64,000 nucleotides of DNA from Candidatus Latescibacterota bacterium (GCA_965203805.1 OZ241917.1:4032001-4096000); one strand, 5' to 3'. Positions 16,999 to 27,700 are shown, numbered from the stretch's first letter. Translations and numbers: made by a program. The notes: generated by a model not told the origin, from the sequence alone.

Positions 16999-19900
16999 TT
17001 ATGTATAAGGATTAAATCCAAAGTCTGCAAGCATCCTGTCTATGTAGTCGTATTGCTCGTTTCGCTCCTGAAATAAGATATGCGCCCCGGCAAACTGCTC
17101 CCTATCCCAATTCCCGTTTTCGTATCGCATGGAAAGGTCGTCGTAAGGTGTTGCGGAAACGATAAACGAATCGAGCGTGACGCCTTTGCGATCACTTCTG
17201 TCAGCAATCTCTCTGGCCAATTGTGGCAGCTTTTCGTGAAGCTGCGCCTTTTCGTCATTGCAATATGCAAGTGCATGTAGCATTCCGTGCGGCTCGACGA
17301 AGACGATGTGTTGTTTCCTTCCTTGTTTGACCCAAAGGATGAAGTCCGGATAGAAGCCGCTAGATTCAAAAAATCCTACGCCCGCGCCACGGCTCTGGTT
17401 TCGCAATAGAAACACCTCCCGGCCGGACAGCCTACCGTCACTCTCCTTCTTCCAGTAGTCCTTCAAGTCCTTTACAAACTGTTTTTCACTCTTGTTTAAG
17501 GCGGGGGGAGTGGTCTTGACGTCATCTTCCTCGCTGTATTCTATCAGTAGAGGTTGGTAGAGGTGCCGATCGAAGTGAAGGCGAGGTAACTCGTCCGTTT
17601 CCTTCTCGTATAGTCTCTCGCAGTCGTCGATCAGCCGTTCGATGTTCTCCATTAAGGAGACTTTGGAGCGTTTGACGCTGACAACGTACCGGCCCCTACC
17701 CTCGGATTCACGACCAAAGCTCAGATTCGGATCGCGCTCGTCGAGGGTCTGGTAAACCATCTGATTCGACTCCCATCGGTCCCGGTGGACGCGGTAGAAG
17801 GAGTCGACGTATTTCCGCAGAATTGAAGTTACTGCACTTTGAAGCCGTTCTACATCCTCAAATGACTGAGGTCGTACTACCGATTCATCGGCGATCAGGC
17901 TATAGCGTTCACCGTCCGCAACTATCCGACGCGGTGCGTCGGGCAATACGCACAGATTGCTCAGGCCTTTCTGTTCCGTATACTCAATCAGGTCGAGATA
18001 GGCCCGCTGCCAATCCACCAGATCAAGGCTGTCCTGTGGGAGCGCCCGCTCGTGACCAACATGCGCGTCGGACGATAATACTCCGTCTTCGCTGCTTTCC
18101 AGCGACTGAACCTTTAGCGACAGGTCGACCCGTACCTTCCTTACTTCGGAATCCGGCTCCAGGAGATGACTTTGAGTCTTGACGAATTCGCCATCGTCTT
18201 GTATCCGCGGCACGACGAGTCCGGCCGCTAGCAGTTTCTTATCGGGGCGAACAAAAAGCGGTAGCTCATCGTAACCTTCGGTGTCGACGCCCTCCCTCTC
18301 AAGGTACTTCCTGAAGTCGGCCATATAGTTGGCGCGAACCGCGAAGATGTTGAGCGTTTCGAGAAGCCGGATGTGACTCGGGTGCGTACCGTCCAATGCC
18401 GCGCTCCGCTTCAGGCTTGCGTCCATGCCTCGCAAGCGTACCCCGCGACCGAATAATTGGATGATTTCCGAACCTTCCCTCTGCCCGATTTTCAAAAGTC
18501 CCATATTCGAAACGCGCCAGGAATTCCATCCTTCCATGAATTTCTTCGCGCCAATCAGTACCTCGATAGTGGTATGCAGATCATTGATGCTATCGAAAAG
18601 CGATCCGGACAGAGCGTCATCTTCCAGCGTTATTCCAGTGTCTGCATCCTCCACCAGATTTTTGAATGAGCTAACGTCGCCTATGTAGATTAGCCCGAAA
18701 TAGTCCTCGGCGCCACTCGCTTTCAGGCCCAATTCGCCTTCGGCGCCCCGAATTGTGCATAAGTGTAGACCACCCCCCACTTGGGTATGGAATACCATTT
18801 TAAGTATGTCCTGGTAAATCACTTCCGACGAGCGTTCAGTTGCCCGCAGAAACGGGAATTTCCCCGAGAACACATCTTGACCGTACTGTGTTACGAGCCC
18901 ACTCTCGCCGTTAATGATTCGATGAATGGCATTGGTCGTCCACCGGCGCTCACTCAAGACCAAATGCAGGAACCGTGCCACTGTCAGGACGTCACTGGAT
19001 TTCTCCTTGTTCTTTTTGTACACAGCATTTACTGTGCTGCCTACAAAGACTGACAGCGGTCTCTCAAGGTCGTAAGGGCGCAATTCGTCGGCCGACTGAG
19101 CAAAAACACATTGCTGCTCGTAGAAGGACAGCAAGTTGCCGAGCAATAATGTCTCCGTCTCCTCGGAGGTCGTCTCCTCGACGAGATTGAGTATTCGAAA
19201 ATCCTTGCCGAAACCGTCTCCGTGAAAATACCTGTACGAGTAATCGAAGACGATGGCCTTACCATATTCCCTGGTAAGTTCGTCGTTGCCAACTGCTTTC
19301 AGTGCCTGACCAAACGTCGCGCTGTATTCCAATGTAAAGCCACTTTCGCCAAGCTCGTCACGGTAGCGACGCCACACGTCGCCACCCGAACCCTTGTGGC
19401 CCTCATCGACGAAAATCAGATTGTTGCCTTCAAACGCTTCGACGGGTACACTGACACCTCCGCCACGCTTCTGTTCAACCAATTTGGTGATTTCGATGAT
19501 TCTAACTTCGTCGTGGTGAGAGAATGGATCGCTCTCCGTGAGGGTAAAGCGGCTGCATGCAATGCCCGATGCACGCATCTCGCTTTGATGTTGCTCGCTC
19601 AATCCCTCGTTAGGCGTAATCAGCAGGATATTGTCCAGCGGCTGGTCGTTGTAGTGCCTGAACTGGTGATAGTTAAGGTGCATGATCAGGGTTTTGCCGC
19701 TCCCGGTTGCCATCCAGAAAGCCAGTTTCTTCAGGTCGGTTTCACAGAATTTCTCACCTTTATTTCTACCAGCGGTGAATGAGTTCAGGGAACTAAGCAT
19801 CTCACCACGTTGGTTGAAGTATTGATAGAGGAAGACTTCCACGTAGAGAGCCGCGAGGTACTGAAAGTACCGTAGCGTAATCGGTTCGGACCGTCGGGCA

Positions 19901-20148
19901 TTCATGTCATTCAAGTGCTTTCGGATATTCTGGTCGTACTGCAACAGTGTATCTGGAGCAATCTTCACCGCGTCCCCACGGCTGACCAATCGGTGAAAAA
20001 CATGACTGCGTCCATCGGGATCGAACCCCTCGGCCGTCTGCTTCATATCGCAAAGCAGGTCGCGGTTTTGCTCGTAGCCGAATTGATGGTTTAACCATGC
20101 CAATAGTACCAGGCGCTGATCCAGGTCGGTATTCTGTGCCGGTGGCAT
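16999..20148 (-). CDS. res: Type III restriction endonuclease subunit Res
   Basis: 1049 aa; MATGSGKT (Walker A), VDEGH, SAT, FMEGWN, QLFGRGVR, and C-terminal FYPDFILW..VFVEPHG PD-(D/E)xK-type nuclease motif. Confidence 0.92.
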   Translation of the reverse strand: MPPAQNTDLDQRLVLLAWLNHQFGYEQNRDLLCDMKQTAEGFDPDGRSHVFHRLVSRGDAVKIAPDTLLQYDQNIRKHLNDMNARRSEPITLRYFQYLAALYVEVFLYQYFNQRGEMLSSLNSFTAGRNKGEKFCETDLKKLAFWMATGSGKTLIMHLNYHQFRHYNDQPLDNILLITPNEGLSEQHQSEMRASGIACSRFTLTESDPFSHHDEVRIIEITKLVEQKRGGGVSVPVEAFEGNNLIFVDEGHKGSGGDVWRRYRDELGESGFTLEYSATFGQALKAVGNDELTREYGKAIVFDYSYRYFHGDGFGKDFRILNLVEETTSEETETLLLGNLLSFYEQQCVFAQSADELRPYDLERPLSVFVGSTVNAVYKKNKEKSSDVLTVARFLHLVLSERRWTTNAIHRIINGESGLVTQYGQDVFSGKFPFLRATERSSEVIYQDILKMVFHTQVGGGLHLCTIRGAEGELGLKASGAEDYFGLIYIGDVSSFKNLVEDADTGITLEDDALSGSLFDSINDLHTTIEVLIGAKKFMEGWNSWRVSNMGLLKIGQREGSEIIQLFGRGVRLRGMDASLKRSAALDGTHPSHIRLLETLNIFAVRANYMADFRKYLEREGVDTEGYDELPLFVRPDKKLLAAGLVVPRIQDDGEFVKTQSHLLEPDSEVRKVRVDLSLKVQSLESSEDGVLSSDAHVGHERALPQDSLDLVDWQRAYLDLIEYTEQKGLSNLCVLPDAPRRIVADGERYSLIADESVVRPQSFEDVERLQSAVTSILRKYVDSFYRVHRDRWESNQMVYQTLDERDPNLSFGRESEGRGRYVVSVKRSKVSLMENIERLIDDCERLYEKETDELPRLHFDRHLYQPLLIEYSEEDDVKTTPPALNKSEKQFVKDLKDYWKKESDGRLSGREVFLLRNQSRGAGVGFFESSGFYPDFILWVKQGRKQHIVFVEPHGMLHALAYCNDEKAQLHEKLPQLAREIADRSDRKGVTLDSFIVSATPYDDLSMRYENGNWDREQFAGAHILFQERNEQYDYIDRMLADFGFNPYT

Positions 20149-20150
20149 CT

Positions 20151-20219
20151 CTACGGATCATCCTTCACGTGGGTTTCCAGTTGTTCAATCAGCAGCGGCA
20201 GGTCATCCCGCCTGCTCAT
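20151..20219 (-). pseudogene. HEPN (HepT/DUF86) toxin remnant, in-frame internal deletion (22 aa)
   Basis: MSRRD-DLPLLIEQLETHVKDDP*; overlaps the MNT stop and ends 2 nt before the res start. Confidence 0.75.
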
Positions 20220-20517
20220 AGACGACCTCCACCGAGGTGAGTATATCCTTCCGGAGCAGCCTATTCGGGTTGCTTTCGACGCCCCGGAAGGTGTGTAGAT
20301 CCACTCTTCTCCCGTATATTTCCGACAACTCGTCCTGCATGGTGATGAACTGCAGTCCCGGTGTCTTGCCCGGCTCGAACTCCACGAGTACATCCACGTC
20401 GCTCTCAGACGTGAAGTCGTCGCGCAGCACCGAGCCGAACAGCGCCAGACGCTTGATACCGTTGCGACGGCAGAAGGCGGCGATCTTTTTCTTCGGAATG
20501 TCAATTCTCGTGGTCAT
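20203..20517 (-). CDS. MntA-like minimal nucleotidyltransferase antitoxin
   Basis: 104 aa; LALFGSVLRDDF..ESDVDVLVEF...GRRVDL. Confidence 0.92.
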   Translation of the reverse strand: MTTRIDIPKKKIAAFCRRNGIKRLALFGSVLRDDFTSESDVDVLVEFEPGKTPGLQFITMQDELSEIYGRRVDLHTFRGVESNPNRLLRKDILTSVEVVYEQAG

Positions 20518-20525
20518 GTCTATCG

Positions 20526-21695
20526 TTAACTTCCCATTAAAGGCACCCGAAACGGCCGGCGTTTCAGCATTGTTTCCTTATTGGCGCAGTAGCTGTTCCC
20601 TTCCTTTGTAATCCAATTCTTCTCCGTGAGCCATTGTAGATCCTTCATGATGATCCATGGTTTTTCCCCATAGGACTCACCAAAGCGGTCGCCTGTCATC
20701 ATTAATGACAATGGATCAACTGCTTGATCGCCGGCCGATAGATCCAGAAGCAGGTCGCGGCGCCTTTTTCCAGCGACAGTATCCTGTCTCGGAAAATGTT
20801 GATATATATGGTGCTGCCAAACGATATCCAGATGCTGCTTCCAAATCATCTCCAGTTGACCGTGAAGCCCGTCGAGGAATCCCTGCACGGCATAGGCGAG
20901 AAAGGGTACGACCTTTCCACCGGATTGGCTGGAACGCGCGAGTTGGCGCGCATATTCGGCACGCGTGGCGCTATAATGGCTGCTCAACAAGTGACAGGCG
21001 GGTACCGGTATGCCCGACCGCAACAGGATTGCGAATTCCAGCAACCTCGCCGTGCGGCCGTTGCCGTCTCCAAACGGATGGATCCATGCCACATAAAGAT
21101 GGGCTATTACCGCCTTGATGATTGCAAACGTAATCTCCTCGCCTTCGGGTACCTTGAATTCATCCCTTAGCCAGTGGCACATTCTCTCCAGCAGGAATTC
21201 GCAATCCTCCGCGGGCGCGCCTCGATATCGCCTGCCCACGCCCACTGAGTGGGTTCGAATTGTGCCCGGAATGGAACCTTCCTGTTGGTCGAGCTTGCCG
21301 AGAACGGCTCTATTCATCTCTTTGATCCATTCGATATCCAGGGGCTCGACCGACCCCTCGCGCATTCCCTTGATTGTCGTGTTGATGGCCTCAATAATGT
21401 TGTCAATCTCCTGCGCCAGATACTCGCGCGAGGGGGGCAGTTCCAGTTTTCCCTCTATATGCCGCAACACATCCTCTTCGGACAGGGTATTTCCTTCAAT
21501 GGCGGTCGTGGCATGGACGCCCTTGGCCAGATAAACCTTATAGAGGTCCTCCGCCGATTCATGAACGAGCGGCACCCTGGAGACGTGCTCGATCTTGGAA
21601 GCGCATTCCCCCAGTTTCATCCAGAGCGAATAGGGCACGTCACGCAGGTCGACTTGAAACGTGATCCAGGGATGGGTCTTCTGGTATTTTCTCAT
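20526..21695 (-). CDS. Fic-domain protein (class II-like)
   Basis: HPFGDGNGRTAR catalytic motif and TTAIEGN inhibitory motif; start reassigned to ATG 21695. Confidence 0.9.
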   Translation of the reverse strand: MRKYQKTHPWITFQVDLRDVPYSLWMKLGECASKIEHVSRVPLVHESAEDLYKVYLAKGVHATTAIEGNTLSEEDVLRHIEGKLELPPSREYLAQEIDNIIEAINTTIKGMREGSVEPLDIEWIKEMNRAVLGKLDQQEGSIPGTIRTHSVGVGRRYRGAPAEDCEFLLERMCHWLRDEFKVPEGEEITFAIIKAVIAHLYVAWIHPFGDGNGRTARLLEFAILLRSGIPVPACHLLSSHYSATRAEYARQLARSSQSGGKVVPFLAYAVQGFLDGLHGQLEMIWKQHLDIVWQHHIYQHFPRQDTVAGKRRRDLLLDLSAGDQAVDPLSLMMTGDRFGESYGEKPWIIMKDLQWLTEKNWITKEGNSYCANKETMLKRRPFRVPLMGS

Positions 21696-21741
21696 GGTTT
21701 GCCTACGTCCGGAATTCGCGCCATATCGTCCATTCGCCTCG

Positions 21742-23256
21742 TTACTCCCCGTCTTTCCCTTCGCCAAATTCCTCCGCGATTTTTGTCATCATGCGCCGTA
21801 GCATTTCGTTGAAGATCTTTTTAAGTACGTCCAGATCCTGTCCGATGAATTGTTCCTCAAAATCGAGGTCCCGACACTTAAACTTCCAAACGCAACGACT
21901 AGAGTCTGCTTCGTTCTCAACTTTGAACTCGAAATCAACCCCTTTATTCGCTTGATATCCGGTCAGCCAGAGACCCAGACTGGTGGACACAAGGAGAGCG
22001 CTTTCGGGCCAGTCGTCAACTGGTTCGTCGAGCCGAAAAGTTCGAACCTGATTGTCCTCGCTCCTCACCGAAGAATTTTTTCTGGTTACATGGAGACTCT
22101 CAAACATATCGGAAAACCCCTCGCACTTCTCTTTGCAATAAGAAGAAAACGGATACACCACGCTGTCCGCATACTCCCTGACCCGAAAAAGCTCACTGGT
22201 ACCGGTTTGCATCGATCGTTTGAAGAGCTCAATTTCCTTATCTATGTCCTCCACATCGTCAATACGCTCGCCACGGGCGGCGCGCAGATGAAGACTCAGG
22301 GTATTTTCGCAATTTTCGGCAATACACTCAATAAACTCGGACAGGTCCTCGGATTTGTCGGCCCGTTCCAGCGATTCGATGTATCGATTTCTTTCCTGGA
22401 TTGGGATTATTGCCACTGTGTAGCCATGCTTGATCAGGATCATGTTCATCAGCAGCCGCGCCATTCGACCGTTTCCATCGTCGAATGGATGAATTCTGAC
22501 AAAGCGGTAGTGGAACGTAGCGGCAATGACGACTGGATGCTCGCCCTCGCTTTCGGCCCTTCTGTACCAGTCGATGAGGTCGCTCATTGCCGGCTTAACC
22601 TGGTCGGGGGGCAGATAGTAGTATATCTCGCCGGTTGAGGTACGAACGTTGTTGGGCTGGGCCTTATAGTCGCCAATGGTGATCAGTCGTTTCGTGGGCC
22701 GACCATCGGGTGTCAGTGCGTCGACTTCATACGGATCTTTCAATAATACCTTATGAAGATTGCGGATGAAGACCTCGTTAAGTTCCTCTTTACACTTTAC
22801 GGCATCTTCTATGGCCCTTACCGCTTGGTCGTGCCCCTCGACGTCCAAATGATCGCGCAAGGACTTTCCGTGGGCGGTCAGCCCATGCAGGATCAGGCTT
22901 CTCGTTTCTCCAAGGGTCAGGCTATTGCCTTCTATAGCATTGGAGTGATAGTTCGACTCGATTCTGAGCTTCTGTTCTATCCGCTCTACGACGTAGGACG
23001 ATAGAGGCCGCAGTGCGTCCAAATCCGCTTTCAATGCATTTATCTCTTCAATGACGTTGCCCAAATTGCCTACCAGGTTCACAGTCTGATGTCTTGGTTC
23101 CTTATCGGGCTTCTGATCGGTGTCTTCCGCGGGCATGTCTGCAGGCATGGTTTCCTCAGGCGGTGCATCCTGCACAGAATCGTTCATTGAGCGTTCAACA
23201 CCCAGCCATCGCTTCAAGGATTCCCAACGTTTTGCAGATGTTCCCTGGCGTGCCAT
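21742..23256 (-). CDS. Fic-domain protein with an uncharacterised C-terminal domain
   Basis: HPFDDGNGRMAR and SNAIEGN motifs; about 170 aa C-terminal extension. Confidence 0.9.
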   Translation of the reverse strand: MARQGTSAKRWESLKRWLGVERSMNDSVQDAPPEETMPADMPAEDTDQKPDKEPRHQTVNLVGNLGNVIEEINALKADLDALRPLSSYVVERIEQKLRIESNYHSNAIEGNSLTLGETRSLILHGLTAHGKSLRDHLDVEGHDQAVRAIEDAVKCKEELNEVFIRNLHKVLLKDPYEVDALTPDGRPTKRLITIGDYKAQPNNVRTSTGEIYYYLPPDQVKPAMSDLIDWYRRAESEGEHPVVIAATFHYRFVRIHPFDDGNGRMARLLMNMILIKHGYTVAIIPIQERNRYIESLERADKSEDLSEFIECIAENCENTLSLHLRAARGERIDDVEDIDKEIELFKRSMQTGTSELFRVREYADSVVYPFSSYCKEKCEGFSDMFESLHVTRKNSSVRSEDNQVRTFRLDEPVDDWPESALLVSTSLGLWLTGYQANKGVDFEFKVENEADSSRCVWKFKCRDLDFEEQFIGQDLDVLKKIFNEMLRRMMTKIAEEFGEGKDGE

Positions 23257-23317
23257 CTATTTCACCGTTTCAGCTAACACGAGCCACTTGGATTCGGCGT
23301 TCTCACAGTAGTCTTGA

Positions 23318-24070
23318 CTACTTTCTTTCCACGGTTGGCACATCTGATGAGACCGTATGTCCCAAAATAAGGCTTCGAAAGGACGCCATATGCTCCGTCG
23401 CATCACTAACTATACTTCGGTGTTCCGATAACTCTTCTTCGGGCAACAATCGCGCCAATTTTCCCTTCTTGCTTTCCTCCAAAACGGCAATACTGATCGG
23501 CTCGTTTATTCCCCCAGGATTAACTTCACATGCGTGTCGCAATGCCCAAACCGCGGTAAATATACCACCTCGCAAGGTCGGCGGTTCTTCATTCCAAAAT
23601 ATAGATCGGAAAAACGCCAGAAGAGGGTCAAGAATGGGTTGTCCGCTTCCAGCCGCTACCCACCAGTTACCTTCGAGCATCTTAATTTCAGGTTGAAATC
23701 CAGCAGCAGACGGCAGTTCACATAAGGACATTCCGTCCTTGGCCGAAAATGCTACCAGAGCCGAAAAATCCAGCTGCGTAATTCCGGTTTGTTGAAAGTC
23801 GTTTATTCCTGATTGGGAAAGTAATTTTCCGACTTCAATGGCACCTTTTCCCTTAAATTCCTGGCCTCTCCACAATCTTCGAACAACGTCATAGAATCTC
23901 TGGGCATGGCCAACATAACCGGATCCAGCAACGATCACATGATCATCTACGATTTCTATCTTTTTTGTTGGCTGCTCGATTGTGCGGTGCTGTTCGTGGA
24001 CAAACGTCGCAGACCCGTCGGCCCCGATCACCACCCCATCCTTGCATCGAATCCCGATCAATGCAGTCAT
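23318..24070 (-). CDS. Proteasome beta-subunit/HslV-like Ntn threonine hydrolase
   Basis: After Met removal: Thr1, Asp17 (GVVIGAD), KKI (Lys33 equivalent), VAGSG and AAGSG (Ser129-equivalent GSG). Confidence 0.85.
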   Translation of the reverse strand: MTALIGIRCKDGVVIGADGSATFVHEQHRTIEQPTKKIEIVDDHVIVAGSGYVGHAQRFYDVVRRLWRGQEFKGKGAIEVGKLLSQSGINDFQQTGITQLDFSALVAFSAKDGMSLCELPSAAGFQPEIKMLEGNWWVAAGSGQPILDPLLAFFRSIFWNEEPPTLRGGIFTAVWALRHACEVNPGGINEPISIAVLEESKKGKLARLLPEEELSEHRSIVSDATEHMASFRSLILGHTVSSDVPTVERK

Positions 24071-24072
24071 AC

Positions 24073-24528
24073 TTATTCCTGAAAAATGCTGTTTTCACGC
24101 ATATCCGGATACGACTTATAAATCGCGCCTACAAGCTCGGCAAAAGACAAACTCCGTACCCACTCTGACAGTCGTTTCAGATATTTCTGTACGTATTTGG
24201 GCAATTGAGAGAGCTTCTTCTCCCCCTGTATCTGTCCTGCGTAAGTCAGGCAGTACGAGCGACCCGCTATGGTAGCACCCGAGATGTGTTCCGTTATCTG
24301 GACGAGTCCCATTTTCTGAAGGGCTTCAAGTTCCGCATATACGGCCTTATCAAATGGACCGTAGTCATACGGCTCAAACGCAAACTGCTTGCCGTGCATT
24401 TCATCCGCGACATTCTCATCAATCAGGAAAAATAATTTCTGGATTTGTACCGGCTCAAACGTGGCATCCGGCACAGCGGAAAGCCCTGCAAGGACCATCT
24501 TCTGTCGGTGCGAAAGTACGAGTGGCAT
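24073..24528 (-). CDS. SocA/Panacea (DUF4065)-like winged-helix protein
   Basis: PVQIQKLFFL, FEPYDYGPF..VYAELE and YCLT..G pattern; ends 2 nt before the protease start. Confidence 0.7.
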   Translation of the reverse strand: MPLVLSHRQKMVLAGLSAVPDATFEPVQIQKLFFLIDENVADEMHGKQFAFEPYDYGPFDKAVYAELEALQKMGLVQITEHISGATIAGRSYCLTYAGQIQGEKKLSQLPKYVQKYLKRLSEWVRSLSFAELVGAIYKSYPDMRENSIFQE

Positions 24529-24603
24529 AAGAATCCCCTTTACATTGACAAACCCAGTAGGATTGTCCCGGCCTGAAAGCGGATCGTTTTACGTCTATTA
24601 CTG

Positions 24604-24632
24604 AACATACGTTCACTGATGTATATTGTCAA
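24604..24632 (-). promoter_or_regulatory. Sigma70-like promoter with overlapping inverted repeats, upstream of the Panacea-like gene
   Basis: TTGACA(24632-27)-17 bp-TATGTT(24609-04); palindromes GTATATT-N6-AATATAC (24621-40) and TGAAC-N4-GTTCA (24602-15). Confidence 0.65.
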
Positions 24633-24732
24633 GAATATACGACCAAATTATGGTTCAATTCAGTTCGTATTTTGATGGCCGGTCTTCTGCGGGTAGATTC
24701 TCGTAAAGCAGCTAACGGCCTGGATTTTTGTT

Positions 24733-27700
24733 TCACGCCTCCACTCCTGCGAACATCCGTCGCTTGAACAGGGGATCCAGCGCTTTTGCATTTTGGATAA
24801 AGGAATCACCATTTGCATAAACTGTGTCTGCTCCCTCAGCCAATTTCTGATCAGCCACAAAGTCTTTGTCCCGCTCAAAGTCCGATTTCTCCCACCCATC
24901 GGTTTCGCGCCAAACGACCACGACAGTTCGCCCCTCATGTGTCTGGCCGCTATAGACCAGGTACCGCCGATCGTTGTCGTAATGGACGTGCCGCGTCTGC
25001 ACGTGTAGTCCGATCAGGTAGTTGAAGGTCTCCGGGATATCAGCCAACATTTGTCCCGTCTGTCCATCTGAGCGGATGTTCAGTCGGTAGGAGAACGGTC
25101 TCGCGAGCTTCTCTACGTTCAGCAAGGTGTCGCTATGTCGTGTCTCCCATCGCAGCATGTATTTTAGCAGATAATCATCGAATTGTAGAGCCTGTTGTTG
25201 TGAAACTTCATCGAAGTCTATGTTGTTCAACGCATCCTCGTAGCTTTCAAGACGCGAATATTTCACAATACGAGGTCCGGGCTCGACATCTTGCGGTGTA
25301 ATCCGTAATTTGGGCTTTCCGCCCTTCCATTCTGGTGCAAACGTGACCTTCTTTATCCGTGGAAGCAGAACGGTGTCGAAATATTCACCCATCTCAACAA
25401 GGATGAATTTGCGTTGGCCGCCGTCCTCGCGATTGAGATTAATGACCGCGTGGCCGGTAGTACCGGAGCCGGCAAAATAGTCGATTACGACATCAAATAA
25501 AGTATCCGAAGCTGCACCGATTAACTCCTCATAGAAATTCACCGAATGGCAATATGGGAAATTCGTGAGCCCCATTGCGTCTAGGTCTGTTTTTCCTCGC
25601 TTGGCATCCTGCATCACGGAAGAAATCTGTCTCGTAGATTCAGTTGTCAAGTATCGTTTCTGTCGTGGTTGGGTGCTGTGATCAGGTCCAAAGATAATCT
25701 CGCCGCGCGCATTCATACTCTTTAAGGTCTCGGGTGTACGTGAGAATCCATTAGGCGGCACCGGACAGGGTTTGTGCGTTACAGGATGAACCAAGGGTTC
25801 ATGAAACTTTGGATCAGATCTAGGTTCTGGTGCCCTCAGACTGACACTTTGGTAGATCCTTCCATCCTGATCCAGATACCTGTATGCTTTTTCTCCGCCG
25901 GTGAGCTGTGGATTCCTGTTTACCCAGTTTGCGTATGCCTTTCTTGCTGTTTCCGTAACTCCGCCGCTAGCCTTTATAATGTCTTCTGCTTCATTCAACA
26001 TCATTTGAATCGAATTATTGCGAAGATTAATGGGTTTATCAGTCTTTGCTCTCCAAATGACATATTCATGTTGAATTGCCACGCCTCCGCCAGCTGTCAT
26101 GGGGTTTCTTTTATCCCAAATCAAAGTACCTGCATTGCCAATGTCGAGACTATCCATCAACATGTGGAGTCTTTCGTACTCATTCTCGTCGATATGGCAA
26201 AGGAACAAGCCTTCCTCGCTCAACAGTTCAAGAGCTGTACCAATGCGATTGCTCATCATCGTAAGCCAACTCGAATGCTGGTAGTTATTCTTGTAGAGGA
26301 AGCCGCTTGTCTGAGTGTTATAAGGAGGATCAATGTGTGCGCACTTTATCCGACCATTGTACTTTCTCGACAGAAGATTGAGTGCCTGCCAATTGTCACT
26401 GTGTATCAATACACCGTCAGTTATACTGTCCAGGTCATCAAACGTGCCTAACAGCCGATCTACGAATTCTAGATCGAAGTGTTTCGAATCTAGGACCAGG
26501 GTCGGGTGCTCTGTCAAGTACTGGATACGATTGTCAGTTTTTTCCATTCCAGGGGTGAACAGGTCAGGTTGATCTTCGTCAATAATGTACGAATCTTTCC
26601 ATTCAGTCCACTGAGCGTCGCATTTTGCGATATCAGCGACAAAGTGATCGGCAATGTGCCTTAAGGATATGCAGTAATTGGTTTCGATAACAAACTTCCG
26701 CTTTTCCCAAAGTATTTTTTGGAAGTTCTCAATCTGGTCAAGGAAGTTGATGACCTGACTACCGACAGATCTGATAACCTGCATCATCTGAAACCAACTC
26801 TCGGCTCGTCTTGCGCCTGCCACTTCCATTTGGTCTAGATTAAGCACTTCGTTTTTGAGATAGAAGTCGAGTTCGCGAATGAGAAATGCATTGAGGTTCT
26901 TGTGAATGAAGAAATCCGAGGTGTTCCGCCTCGTGTACTGGAGCAGGTGATGTTCGAAAGAAGAAATGGACTCGCCATCGTTCTTTTGTCGCCTTTCGGC
27001 CAAAAGCGCAGCCACTGCGTCAGGTACATGTTTGAGCAGAACTGGAATCTGAGACACAGCTTCGTTGATGATGGCATCCTGCTGGTTCTTACCACGGTAC
27101 GAGATTTCTTCCCGTTCGGTCAAAGGTCGGAACTCGAATGGAATCTCGAGGCGCTTTGCATTTTCATCCCAAGCAGGCGCCTCCAAAGATGGTACAAAAA
27201 ACCGCCTATCACCCTTGGTATTGTCCCGCTCGACGTCAGCAGCTTTTAGTTTGAAATGCACGCTGATGCCTCGCGAAGCAAAGGCATAGTCTTGAAAGTG
27301 TTCGCCAGTCTTCACATAGTATTGGTCACTGTTCGCCCAATGCAGATGTACTTCTTCGCCGTTGTAAGGAATGGCATACCGATGGCGCTTCGAATATCGT
27401 CGTTTGGATATGAAGTCGCCATCCTGGTAGTACCGGCTAAAGAACGCGTACAGATGGTTGAATATCGCCGCTTCGAGTCCTTTTTGTCCCAAGCCGCCTG
27501 CAGATTTCGCCTTCAACTCCAGGTAGCACTTTCCGAGCGGCGTATTGTGGAACATTTCCGCAAGGTTTCCGTCAGCATCGATGGCGGCGTGGCCAAAAGA
27601 TGCTAGAATCTGCTTTCGGTTTTCCTGGAGCTTTTTCTCGGTCTGCGCTTCCTCGGCGGCGGCGCCCTTCTTTAGTTCTTCATAGACGGTATTCGGCAGG

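Noticed and set aside
23271-24716. CAGCTAAC direct repeat flanking the Panacea/protease unit, resembling integron core sites (GTTAGCT)
   Set aside because: No matching inverse core or attC-length hairpin and no integrase; an 8-bp match between two intergenic regions of this size can arise by chance
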